NCBI GenBank assembly: GCA_965222125.1
Contig: CBDCTC010000001.1
Span: 16,731 to 80,730, forward strand
Direction: 5' to 3'
DNA: 64,000 nucleotides
Source of the DNA: Dehalococcoidia bacterium
Lineage (GTDB): Bacteria; Chloroflexota; Dehalococcoidia; Lucifugimonadales; CAZENU01
Shown here: one piece after another, positions 49,376 through 59,403 of the stretch
Layout of the letters: every line of letters begins with the position of its first letter
Position numbering within the stretch: position 1 is the stretch's first letter
Notes under the pieces: model-generated
The model's input: only the letters and a program-made list of their open reading frames with translations
Told to the model about the DNA's origin: nothing
Databases searched by the model: none
Translations under genes and position numbers: made by a program

Positions 49376-50470
49376 GTGTCTGTCTCAGAAGGCGGTCAGG
49401 CAGTAGTGGATACTGGCAGCCCAAGTCATGCGGTTCCGCTGGAGAGACGTGGCGTGGTTAGGGACTTGTCGAAGCCTGGCTGGGGGGCCTCTTCGCGGAT
49501 GCTAGCAGGTGGTTTTGGTTGGCCATCATGCGGGGTTCCAGCGGATGCCAGCGCCGGTTCTCCACACCCGCCAAAGAGTCCTCAGATTGAAAGCCGTGAC
49601 AAGCATGTTCCATTCAGCCCTCACATTGGCCATGCCTCGCAGCGTGAATCGTTGCGCTCCAAGTTGGTTCTTGATGATCGCGAAGAGAGGCTCGACTAGA
49701 GGCAGTCGACGCAGATAGGCTTCCTGGGCCTCGTCAGTCGCCATCCAGTCCCTGTGACGGCGTAGGGCTACGTCGTATGGGCCGATCTGCAGGGTACGTC
49801 CGGCTGTTGCGTTCTTCGTGCAGACTCCGAAAGCCGGACACTCCCGACAGATTGAGCCGGAAGCCATTCTATACAAGCGGCTCTTCTTTCGGTCGCTCTT
49901 CATTCCTGCGGAGGCAAGGAACTGTCCATGAGGACAGGTGTAGGTGTCAGTCTCATCATCGTATTTGAACTGGTCCTTGTGGTACGGATGGCTCGTCGGC
50001 CGGGCCATGTCCGGCATCACCACCTGTTGACTTCTACGGTGCAGTTCCGCGACGTGTCTGCCAGCGAAATAGCCGGCGTCGGCCAGGGTCATCGGCACCC
50101 TCGCTCCGGCAACCTCCTCGGCATGTTCCACCATCGAGGTCAGACGAGCGGTATCATTGGCTCGTCCACCACTTCGGAGGCGGTGACCAGCAAGCCGGTA
50201 ACGCCCTCACCGTTGGTAACAGGTGAGACCATGGCTTGGGCATTGTAGCTCGGGCACAATCCCCTGACGGGTCCTCATCAACCTGGCGTCTCCGTCTGTC
50301 AGATTGATGCGTGCTGGTCGCTTGTATCGGTTCGGACGCTCCTTGCTCGGCAGTTCCTCCATTGCCTGTCTCACGCGCTGTCGCAACGCTTTCTGCTCTG
50401 CAAGCTTCTGCGGAAGACGTGCCACATCTCCGTCTTCTCCACCTTCGTTCTGGGCCCCCAGGACCTCGGC
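49376..50470 (-). mobile_element. IS1182-family element, truncated and frameshifted
   Basis: NLTDGDARLM, LADAGYF, YTCPHGQ, CRECPAFGVCT, VEPLFAIIK, RFTLRG...EWNMLVTAFNL; end-like TTCTGAGACAGACAC on minus. Confidence 0.8.
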
Positions 50471-50776
50471 CAGATCAAGCAGGGCCGGGGATTCCGGCAG
50501 TTCCTGCTGCGGGGACTGGAGAAGGTGAAGGGCGAATGGTCGCTGATCTGCACCGGCCACAACCTGCTCAAACTGTTCCGCTTTGGGGTCAATCTGCACA
50601 GGAAAGCACGGGGCGATGGGCCAGCCCAACGCATCAGGAACTTTGCCGAGGTAGTGAGCACGGCGCTATTCGCAAAGCTATCTGCGGGCCGGCCGGGGCA
50701 ACCGGCACAATTAGTTGTCGCGATCCATTGTCGCTGACCCACAAGCACCGTTAGATAATCCTCGGACGATCTGCTA
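50471..50776 (+). mobile_element. Second IS1182-family 3' fragment, opposite orientation
   Basis: QIKQGRGFRQFLLRGLEKVKGEWSLICTGHNLLKLFR; ends near GGACGATCTGCTAG. Confidence 0.75.
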
Positions 50777-50883
50777 GACATCCAGTCGGTTGTGCGTAAG
50801 GTGTTCGCGGTCGCTTGAGTCCTGGTGGTAAAAGCGGTGGTAAAACCCTCCGAAGCTAGCTATATTTGTAATTAATTGCGACG

Positions 50884-50899
50884 CCCTTCCTGGGCACCA
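50884..50899 (+). other. tRNA 3'-end fragment (Leu-like), candidate att site
   Basis: CCCTT CCTGGGC A CCA = T-stem strand + acceptor strand + discriminator + CCA, preceded by an AT-rich tract and GGTGGTAAAA twice. Confidence 0.55.
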
Positions 50900-51009
50900 G
50901 CAATATGGATGGCGCGCGTCAGGCCTTCGGAGTCCACAGCCCCAACTCCGGGCTTCGGGTCGACTTGTACGCGACCGTGACATACGGGGAGAGCCGACGG
51001 AGTTCCCGA

Positions 51010-51195
51010 ATGGCGAGAGAAGACGACATACAACTGGTGCTAGACCACGTTACCAGCGTCGAGGCGTGCGGCGCCTGCGGTATGACGATCCGGTTCGGAG
51101 TCTACGAGTGCCCGCACTGCGGCGGCGATCTGGACGACGTGCTCAGAGACTGGGCCAAGCGGCTGCTGTCCGCACTCGCCGGCAAGGGCGACTGA
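51010..51195 (+). CDS. Small zinc-ribbon protein
   Basis: CGAC...CPHC, 61 aa, ends 11 bp before the ligase gene. Confidence 0.65.
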   Translation: MAREDDIQLVLDHVTSVEACGACGMTIRFGVYECPHCGGDLDDVLRDWAKRLLSALAGKGD

Positions 51196-51206
51196 GCGGC
51201 GTAGGC

Positions 51207-53207
51207 ATGAACGACCGTGCCGCCCCGGCGAATTCCGCTGTAGAGGAGGGCGCCCTTCTCTGGGAGCCCTCACCGGAGACCGTGGCGGGCGCGAACCTGA
51301 CGCGGTTCATGGGGTGGCTCGCTGCCGAGAAGGGCCTGCGCTTTGACGACTATCACGCGCTGTGGCGGTGGTCGACCGACGACCTGGAGGGTTTCTGGGG
51401 CGCGGTCTGGGACTTCTTCGGCATCCGGTCCGAGACGGGATATGGCCGGGTGCTTGCCGATGACCGGATGCCGGGCGCGAAATGGTTTCCGGGCGCGGCG
51501 GTCAACTACGCGGAAAACGCCCTCGCGCACCAGGACGACCTCCCGGCGGTGATATCATGGTCCGAGCTGCGGCCGCTGGAGGTACTGACCTACGGCCGGC
51601 TGCGCGAGCGGGTCGCGGCAGCGGCGGCCGGACTCAGGGGCCTCGGCGTCGGGCCTGGCGACAGGGTAGCGGCGTACATGCCCAACATTCCCGAAACCCT
51701 GGTCGCCTTTCTGGCGACGTCCAGCATCGGGGCCGTGTGGTCGGTCTGCTCTCCGGAGTTCGGGACGCGCACCGTCGTGGACCGATTCGGACAGATTGAG
51801 CCCAAGGTGCTGATCGCGGTGGACGGCTACGTGTACGGCGGCCGCCGCTTCGACCGCGTCTCCGCCGTCACTACTATAAGGAATAGCCTGCCATCGGTCG
51901 AACGTACCGTTATCGTGCCGTATCTGGAAGCCTCGCCCGAGATTGAAGCTGCGGGATCGGTGTTGTCGTGGAACGATCTCGCGGTCGAGGGCCAGCCGCT
52001 TGTCTTCGAGCAGGTCGTCTTCGACCACCCGCTGTGGGTGCTGTACTCGTCGGGCACGACAGGGCTGCCCAAGCCCATAGTGCAGGGCCACGGCGGCATT
52101 TTGCTGGAGCACTTCAAGGTACTGTCCCTACACATGGACCTGGGGCCGGACGACAGGTTCTTCTGGTTCACGACGACGGGCTGGATGATGTGGAACCTGC
52201 TGATCGGCGGCCTGCTCGTCGGTTCAGCGGTCGCCCTTTTCGACGGCGACCCGGCCCTCCCGGACATGGGAACGCTTTGGGAGTACGCGCGCGACGCCCG
52301 GGTTACGTACTTCGGCGCCAGCGCCCCCTACATCCAGGCGTGCATGAACGCCGAGATGCGTCCGGCCGCCGAGTATGGCCTCGAGCTGCTCAAGGGTATC
52401 GGCTCGACGGGTGCGCCGCTGAGTCCGGAGGGCTTTCGCTGGGTCTACGACAACGTGAGCTCGACGGCGGTGCTCGGATCGTTCAGCGGCGGTACCGACC
52501 TCTGCACCGGCTTCATAGGCCCGTGTCCGCTTCTGCCGGTGAGGGCGGGCGAGCTGCAATGCGCGTGCCTGGGAGCGCGCGTGGAGGCCTACGACGAGTC
52601 GGGGAATGGGCTGGTCGGCGAGGTCGGAGAGCTCGTGCTTACCCGCCCGATGCCGTCGATGCCGTTGTACCTGTGGAACGATCCTGAGGGCGTCCGGTAC
52701 CGGGAGAGCTACTTCGACATGTTTCCGGGCGTCTGGCGCCACGGCGACTGGATCAAAGTCACCGACCGCGGCTCCTGCGTGATCTACGGCCGGTCGGACT
52801 CCACGCTCAACCGGGGCGGCGTCCGGATGGGCACGAGCGAGTTCTACAGGGTGGTCGAAGAGATGGACGAGGTGGTGGACAGCCTCGTCGTCGACACCGG
52901 CGTGGTGGGGAGTGAGGGTCGGCTTCTGCTGTTCCTCGTATTGGGCGACGGGATCGTGCTGGAGGACTCGCTGAAGGTGAGCGTGGTGCGGCGTCTGCGG
53001 GCGCAGCTATCGCCGCGGCACACGCCGGACGAGATACTGTCGATACCGGGGGTGCCCAGGACCCTGAACGGCAAGAAGGTCGAGGTGCCGGTTCGGAGGA
53101 TCCTGGCCGGCACCCCGGTGGCCGAGGCGATCAGCCTCGACGCGATGAGCAACCCCCGGGCTCTCGACGTGTTCGTAAAGCTGGCCGAGACTCGGGTAGC
53201 GTCGTAG
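51207..53207 (+). CDS. Acetoacetate--CoA ligase
   Basis: YSSGTTGLPKPIVQGHGG, WFTTTGWMMWN, SGGTDLC, WRHGDW, GRSDSTLNRGGVRMG, TLNGKKVEVPV. Confidence 0.92.
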   Translation: MNDRAAPANSAVEEGALLWEPSPETVAGANLTRFMGWLAAEKGLRFDDYHALWRWSTDDLEGFWGAVWDFFGIRSETGYGRVLADDRMPGAKWFPGAAVNYAENALAHQDDLPAVISWSELRPLEVLTYGRLRERVAAAAAGLRGLGVGPGDRVAAYMPNIPETLVAFLATSSIGAVWSVCSPEFGTRTVVDRFGQIEPKVLIAVDGYVYGGRRFDRVSAVTTIRNSLPSVERTVIVPYLEASPEIEAAGSVLSWNDLAVEGQPLVFEQVVFDHPLWVLYSSGTTGLPKPIVQGHGGILLEHFKVLSLHMDLGPDDRFFWFTTTGWMMWNLLIGGLLVGSAVALFDGDPALPDMGTLWEYARDARVTYFGASAPYIQACMNAEMRPAAEYGLELLKGIGSTGAPLSPEGFRWVYDNVSSTAVLGSFSGGTDLCTGFIGPCPLLPVRAGELQCACLGARVEAYDESGNGLVGEVGELVLTRPMPSMPLYLWNDPEGVRYRESYFDMFPGVWRHGDWIKVTDRGSCVIYGRSDSTLNRGGVRMGTSEFYRVVEEMDEVVDSLVVDTGVVGSEGRLLLFLVLGDGIVLEDSLKVSVVRRLRAQLSPRHTPDEILSIPGVPRTLNGKKVEVPVRRILAGTPVAEAISLDAMSNPRALDVFVKLAETRVAS

Positions 53208-53212
53208 GTAGA

Positions 53213-54442
53213 CTACCCGTATAGGTTGGCCTCAGGCATCACGAGCAGGCCGGCGTCGCGGCGGCGCGCGCCGTTCACCCAGTAGTCGTAGTTGAAGGTC
53301 ACCACGACGTTTCCCTGGACGAAAGACAGCCGCGGATAGTGGGACCGCGTGAAGTTGTCCGGCAGCGTTCCCAGACCTCCCTTGGCTCGGACGTGGGCTA
53401 CCGGCGGCAGCGCGACCTGGTCGACGTCGTCCAGGCCGTCGCTGAGCTCCAACGTGATCGGCGTGCTCCAGGTGGCGGCCTCGTCGGTCGATACCGCGAT
53501 CGACAACCGGCCCCTCGAGTATCCCCGTTCTATCTCCTCCTTGGAGGACTGGTTCCAGACGACGACGAGGTCGCCGGTGGTACTGAGCCTGCCGAGCCAG
53601 CACGGTACGTCGCCCGACGCCAGCTCCGTGGCCTCGGGCAGGGTCCAGTTCTCGCCGCCGTCGGCCGAGAAGCTCTGGTAGAGACGCCCGACGTTGGTCC
53701 TTTGGAACATCAGCACTCGGCCGTCTTTCAGCTCCGCGAGGACCGGCTCCCAGCAGACGCCGAACCCGCCGATACCGCCTTCGGACGGCAAGGGCCAGAC
53801 CATCATGGAGCCGGTGCAGATGCTCCAAGTGGCGCCGCCGTCGTCCGAGTAGTAGTTGTAGCATCCGCCCATCGCCGCCTCGTACAGGTGGCCGTCCGCG
53901 ACTCTCGTCTGGCGGACGCCCTGAATCGTCGCGGTCACCGGGTCGTCGCCCGCCGGGGGCATCCCCGGGTGCCGTCCGGCGATCTCCCAGTAGGCCGGCA
54001 CGATAATGCGGCCGGTGGTGAGCTGAAGCAGGTTGCCCCAGATGAACGTCACGAAGAAGCCCTTGTCGAGGTCGTACATCGTGGGGATGTCGATCTGATT
54101 GCCCTTGGACCAGCTCATGCCCTCGTCTTCCGAGGTGGTGAAGTACCATGTCCTGGTCTGGTAGCCGGCGGTCGGGTGGTCCTCCTCTCTGCTGTATACG
54201 GTCGCCAGCCGGCCGTCCTTGAGGCGCAGCACGTGGCCCTTATTGATCGACGGCTCCATCGGCGCACCGTCCTGCGTCATCCGAAACGGCGACCCCCACG
54301 TCCGTCCGCAGTCGGTCGACACGTGTCCGGTCATGTCCTCGGCGATCACGAACAGGCGCTCGTCGTCGAGCTCCGACACCAGGCTGCTCGGCGCGACTCC
54401 TCGATGTTCGGCCAGCTCCGTCGTCTTGCCCAGAGGCTCCAT
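53213..54442 (-). CDS. Sialidase-like BNR/Asp-box beta-propeller protein
   Basis: Asp boxes STDCGRTW, SEDEGMSW, SDDGGATW, SADGGENW, STDEAATW; EPVLAELKDGRVLMFQR; SHYP near the C-terminus; no FRIP motif. Confidence 0.75.
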   Translation of the reverse strand: MEPLGKTTELAEHRGVAPSSLVSELDDERLFVIAEDMTGHVSTDCGRTWGSPFRMTQDGAPMEPSINKGHVLRLKDGRLATVYSREEDHPTAGYQTRTWYFTTSEDEGMSWSKGNQIDIPTMYDLDKGFFVTFIWGNLLQLTTGRIIVPAYWEIAGRHPGMPPAGDDPVTATIQGVRQTRVADGHLYEAAMGGCYNYYSDDGGATWSICTGSMMVWPLPSEGGIGGFGVCWEPVLAELKDGRVLMFQRTNVGRLYQSFSADGGENWTLPEATELASGDVPCWLGRLSTTGDLVVVWNQSSKEEIERGYSRGRLSIAVSTDEAATWSTPITLELSDGLDDVDQVALPPVAHVRAKGGLGTLPDNFTRSHYPRLSFVQGNVVVTFNYDYWVNGARRRDAGLLVMPEANLYG

Positions 54443-54537
54443 TTGGCTCTCTCCTTTTCCTTTGTACAGATTGTACAGATATCGGTGACAGGTATCAGGC
54501 GTGCCGCGCGGCGGGTCTGCTCGCGCGGTGCTGTTGA

Positions 54538-54577
54538 GATGTACTGCCACTCGGCCGGAATGTCAAGCGCGTTGACA
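54538..54577. promoter_or_regulatory. Back-to-back TTGACA boxes of divergent promoters
   Basis: TGTCAA-GCGCG-TTGACA. Minus: TTGACA-N17-TACATC toward the sialidase-like gene. The plus-strand -35 is separated from its -10 by the IS. Confidence 0.55.
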
Positions 54578-54579
54578 CC

Positions 54580-56455
54580 CCCAAATCCCCCACCTGACAT
54601 GGTTGGGAGTTGTTTCGTGTGCTTTCAGGGGGTGTCCGGGTGTCGACTTGGGGTGACGCATGACATGATCGGCATCGGACAGGGTCTAGGGTGCCGTCTT
54701 TGAGTGTATCGGCAGCGGTTCGCTGCCAATTGTGGCTGTTGTCAGGCCGAAGAAGGCATGGCCCGGCCTGGCAACTCGGCAGAGTCGCCTACAAACCGAT
54801 GCTCCAGGCAGGGTCGCCTATGCCCGATACGGCTCGGCAGCCAGCGCCAATATCCTCTGCCGCGCCGTGAGCAGCAACTCGTATGAGGGATGGCCACGGG
54901 CAAGACGGATGATCAACCTCCTGGCGTGACGCACCACACGGCCCGGTAGGGCGATCAGGGCGAAGCGCACCGCCTTGAGACGCTTGCCCACCCACTGTCC
55001 GCCCAACACCAGCCGCTTCATGGCAGAGTTCAAGTTGAAGGCCAACACTGCTATCGCCCACCATGCTGCGTTGGCTCCGAACAGCCCCGACGGAAGCCTG
55101 CCCCCGGCAAGGTCACTCTTGAGGACGCCGTGGACCTCCTCGCCCTTGCCGCATCTCTGCCTCGACCACCAGATCAACTCATCTGCCGCAATGCTCCGGT
55201 TGGTCACCACTCCGAAGACCTTGTACCAGCCTCTGTTGGACAGCTCCATCGCGGGGAACGGAAGCTCCATCTGCCCCTCCATTCCCGGCAGAGGCTGTTC
55301 GACCAACCGCTCCCTGGTAGCTATGAACCGATACTCAGGGCTGTTCTTGGAGTGCCCTATCCAGTTGGGTACGAAGTTCACATCAGCCCACTGCTGACCC
55401 GTGTCCACACGATGCTCCCCAACCTTGCGGTACAGCGTCTGCCAGTCTTGCTCGGCGACCTCGGACACCGCACGGCGGAACTCCGTCGTCACGTCGACCC
55501 CAACCGCGAACTCGATCACCCCGAACCGCTCGTCTCTACCCTCCGCGCAGTACCGCAGCAACTCCCGCTGGTACCCCGCCGTATCCGACCTCAGCATCAC
55601 CTTCTCCACCCCCGCAGGCAGACGGCCCAGCCCTTCAATCAACACTTGCAACTGCTGATGGCCCGCCGGTACATTGCCGTCCCGAAACTCCGAATGCACA
55701 ATCTGGTCGGCCTCTGCCCAGTAGGTGGTCAGCGGCTGGTAGGCCCTGTACTTCTTGTAGCTGTGGAGCGCCTCCTGCTTGTGTGTCTCCACCAGACAGG
55801 CGTCCATGTCCAGTGTGGCCTCTCTCTGAGGCGAACGGCTCTGCACGAAGCCCACCAGGTCGGCGTTCACCTTCCCCAGACCCTCCATAGCTCCGTTGGG
55901 AGCAGGTATGAATGCTCTGTGAGCTTCCCGCTTCGCCTCCTCGCCCGCGTCATGGAACCTCTCCAGATACCGGAACACCGCAGACTCCGACGGCACGCTC
56001 CGACGACGCTCGACTCGCCATCTCGCCTTCAGCGCCCTGCGCTCCCTACTACCCATCCCCCAGGTCTCGGCATGGCGAAGTACCCTGCACAAACCTGCGT
56101 CCTTCTCCAGAACCTCCAGGTCCATCACCGACTCACCGCCTGCCAAGTTCAGCAGTATCAGCGACGTGATTATCTGGCTGTCCGTCCAGCCCTGACCACA
56201 CTCCCGCAGTCTCACGTGGCGTTCCACCGACGACCTCAAACCCGCTGCTTGCATCAACTCCAGGTACGTCATCAGCCCGGACAGTCCCGTCATACCTGTC
56301 GAGCCCTTCTCCTGCTCGTACTGGAATGCCAGTAAGCCTTGCTTCATAATAGATGCACCTCGTTGGTGATCGGTTCGTTTGCGCAACAACCATCTTAGCC
56401 CGCATCGCGTCGGGCTCCAACGAGGTCTTCCTCTTATCTAGGTGGGGAATCTGGG
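54580..56455 (-). mobile_element. IS1380-family element type B, copy 3 (1,876 bp, intact; transposase 54818-56347)
   Basis: Same TIRs as copy 2; 4-bp TSD CACC (54576-54579 and 56456-56459). Confidence 0.93.
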
Positions 56456-56541
56456 CACCCGGAAACGGGGGCGACTAGACTCCGCTTCGACTCTTCCCCA
56501 GAGATGGAGCTACGCGGATGGCCGGACCGGGGTCCGGGTGG

Positions 56542-57291
56542 ATGTTCGAGCCGGGGAGCCTAGACTTCCCGCTCGTCATCGCGCACCGCGGTGCGCACTC
56601 GGCGCATCCCCAGAACACAATCGCCGCCTTTCAAGCCGCTCTCGCCCTGGGCGTCGACGGCGTCGAGCTGGACGTAAGGCTGACGGGCGACGGGCTGGTG
56701 GCCGTCGTCCACGACCGCGCTATCGAAGTCGGGGTCGGGCGCAGGGCGGTCGTTGGCCGCATTGAATTGGCCGAAGTCAACGAGATGCGCACCGGCGCCG
56801 GTCTGCCCACCCTGCTCACCCTGGAGGCGGTCTTCGCCGCGCTGCCTTCGTCCTTCCTGGTCGACGTCGAGCTGAAGGTGAGGAGCCCGAAGGTCGGTGC
56901 GCTGACGACGGGAGTGGTCGAGGCCATTCGAGCGACCGATAGGCTGGAGACGACGTTGGTGAAGAGCCACAATCCGCTGGCGGTGCGCCGTCTCCGTACG
57001 AAGTATCCCGACGTGACGCGCGGCTACATCTGGGGCCGGAGTCATCCGTGGCCCCTGCGGACGCGCCGGTTCAGGACCGTGCCGGACGCTCATTGGATAG
57101 CGCCATCGGAGGATAGCTACGACCGCGGTCTGCTGGAAGGCTTTCACGCCCTGGGCAGGCGGGTGCTCGCGTGGGACGTAGACGTGGCCGACCCTGCGGC
57201 CCTGACCGGAATCGACGCGGTGATGACGGACGACCCCGGCCGGCTCGTCCGGCTCAAGGCGGACGTCGCCGTGGCCGGCGTTTCGGGATAG
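56542..57291 (+). CDS. Glycerophosphodiester phosphodiesterase family protein
   Basis: [46 protein letters not shown]. Confidence 0.88.
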   Translation: MFEPGSLDFPLVIAHRGAHSAHPQNTIAAFQAALALGVDGVELDVRLTGDGLVAVVHDRAIEVGVGRRAVVGRIELAEVNEMRTGAGLPTLLTLEAVFAALPSSFLVDVELKVRSPKVGALTTGVVEAIRATDRLETTLVKSHNPLAVRRLRTKYPDVTRGYIWGRSHPWPLRTRRFRTVPDAHWIAPSEDSYDRGLLEGFHALGRRVLAWDVDVADPAALTGIDAVMTDDPGRLVRLKADVAVAGVSG

Positions 57292-57354
57292 CCGTTCGAT
57301 AGACCGTGACGCTCCGTCGGGGCGACTCAGTGCGAAGGAGCGCATGTCTGCGCG

Positions 57355-57363
57355 TGGTATAAT
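57355..57363 (+). promoter_or_regulatory. Extended -10 promoter
   Basis: TGGTATAAT 75 bp before the di-heme gene start. Confidence 0.55.
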
Positions 57364-57437
57364 CCAGCCTTGGACAGACAGCATCAGACCTACCGGGCCG
57401 GGCGCCCTGGGCTCTTCGGATGAACGTTCGCGCGACG

Positions 57438-59036
57438 ATGCGGATACCAAAGCCGATTCTGACGGCGACAGCAGTGCTGACGACGCTGGGAGTCTTCGGA
57501 TGCGGCGGGGGCGCCGAGGCCGCTGAGCAGGTCGCGATTGGGGACGCGCCGGCGCTGTCGCTGCACACGAACCAGGACGACATCGAGAGCGGCAGGCTGG
57601 AGCTCGACGAGATCATCGACCGTGGCAGGGAGCTCTTCCTCGCCTCCTTCAACACGCTGGACGGCGCCGGCCGGCCAGGGACGACCGATGTGGGCGATAG
57701 CAACACGAGATCCCCGCGGATGTTCCCGGACAACTTCAACCGCATCTCCGGCCCCGACGCGAACACCTGCGCCGTGTGCCACCATCTCCCTCGCATGGGC
57801 GGCGGCGGGGACAACGCCGTCAACGTCTTCACCGACGCCGAGAGACTCCCCTTCGTGAACTTCGATGGCGGGGAGGGTGACGGCTTCCAGGAACAGACCC
57901 TGCGGAGCGTGGGGAACGAGAGAAACACGGCCGGCATATTCGGTATCGGGTTCGTGGAGCTGCTGGCCCGCGAGATGACTGTCGAGCTTCAGGGCATCGT
58001 CGACGCGGCGACGGAGGAGTCGAATTCCGCCGGCGTCCCGGTGACCAGGGACCTCGTCGCGAAGGGCGTGAGCTTCGGCAGGGTGACGGCGCGGCCGAAC
58101 GGGACCGTCGACACGAGCGAGGTCGAGGGCGTCGACGACGACTTCATCATCAAGCCGATTCAGTCGAAGGGCCACATAGTGTCGCTGCGGGAGTTCGTCG
58201 TCAAGGCGATGAACTCGCACTTCGGCATCCAGGCCGTCGAGCGGTTCGGCGCCGACGCCGACGGGGACGGGGTTCTCAACGAGCTGACTCCGGGGGACGT
58301 AACGGCTCTGGTCGTCTTCATGGCTACGCTGCCGCCGCCGGGCAGGATGATGCCGTCTCATCCCAAGGCCATCGCGGCGGTCGAGAGGGGAGAAACGCTC
58401 TTCAGCGAGATTGGATGCGCGGTATGCCATATTTCGGAGCTGCCGCTGGCGACCCCGATCTTCACCGAGCCCAGCCCGTTCAACCCGACGGGCAAGCTTC
58501 AGCTTTCCGATGTTGCGCAGCCTTTCGCAGTTGACCTGGCGACCGAGGGCCCCGGGCCGAGGCTGAGGCGGCTGGAGGACGGCACGATAATGGTGCCGGT
58601 CTTCACCGATCTGAAACGGCACGACATGGGCGACGTGTTGGACAACGAGACGCTGGTGATATCGGGCGTCCCCACCGACTTGTGGCTGACGCGGAAGTTG
58701 TGGAGCGTGGCCAGTGAGCCGCCGTTCCTACATCACGGCCGTGCGACGTTGATGTCGGAGGCGATTCTCGCGCACGGCGGGGAGGGCCAGTCGGCCCGCG
58801 ACGCATTTGCGGAGCTGCTCACAGACGACCAGGCCGCCGTCGTGGAGTTCCTGAAGACGCTCCAGGTCCTTCCCGAAGGCAGCACGGACCTCGTGGTAAC
58901 CGAAGGCGAGGCCGGCGGTGGCGGCGACCGGACGATTTGGATACTTGCTGGGGTCGGGGCCGCCGAGGTCGTTGCGGTGGTAGTCCTGGTTGGCGCGGCG
59001 ATCAGGCGGCGTGCCCGCAAGGCCGCGGAATACTGA
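57438..59036 (+). CDS. Di-heme oxidoreductase (DHOR-type) c-cytochrome lipoprotein with C-terminal membrane anchor
   Basis: Lipobox GVFGC; CAVCH twice; FTDLKRHDMG, WLTRKLW, FLHHGRA...AILAHGGE; C-terminal TM helix and RRRARK. Confidence 0.8.
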   Translation: MRIPKPILTATAVLTTLGVFGCGGGAEAAEQVAIGDAPALSLHTNQDDIESGRLELDEIIDRGRELFLASFNTLDGAGRPGTTDVGDSNTRSPRMFPDNFNRISGPDANTCAVCHHLPRMGGGGDNAVNVFTDAERLPFVNFDGGEGDGFQEQTLRSVGNERNTAGIFGIGFVELLAREMTVELQGIVDAATEESNSAGVPVTRDLVAKGVSFGRVTARPNGTVDTSEVEGVDDDFIIKPIQSKGHIVSLREFVVKAMNSHFGIQAVERFGADADGDGVLNELTPGDVTALVVFMATLPPPGRMMPSHPKAIAAVERGETLFSEIGCAVCHISELPLATPIFTEPSPFNPTGKLQLSDVAQPFAVDLATEGPGPRLRRLEDGTIMVPVFTDLKRHDMGDVLDNETLVISGVPTDLWLTRKLWSVASEPPFLHHGRATLMSEAILAHGGEGQSARDAFAELLTDDQAAVVEFLKTLQVLPEGSTDLVVTEGEAGGGGDRTIWILAGVGAAEVVAVVVLVGAAIRRRARKAAEY

Positions 59037-59321
59037 CCCGGGCGCGCTGCCGCGCGGCCCTGGTAGGCGCCGGCTCCGATGGCTGATAGGCCTGGGGCCG
59101 GACTCCCGCTCATTCGCATCGGTCCCTCACGGCGCTACGGCGATTGGGCGGGGGCGGCGGTGCGCAAAGGCCAGCGGGCCGATGAGGTACGTCGAACGCG
59201 GCGCCGGCGCTCCAACTCCTCATCGACCCAGCGTGCGAGTAGATGACGAACGGCGGCGACAGAACGGTCGGCGCGTGCGCGAATCGCTGCGTGGCATAGC
59301 GGCATATCGGAGGCCGATGCG

Positions 59322-59350
59322 TTGACAGCCCACCGAGGTAGGTCTATGAT
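59322..59350 (+). promoter_or_regulatory. Near-consensus sigma70 promoter
   Basis: TTGACA-N17-TATGAT. Confidence 0.8.
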
Positions 59351-59403
59351 TCGAAATGTTCGACATGAGGACGCCCGAAAGCGCTTGTGACAGGGAGGTT
59401 GTG

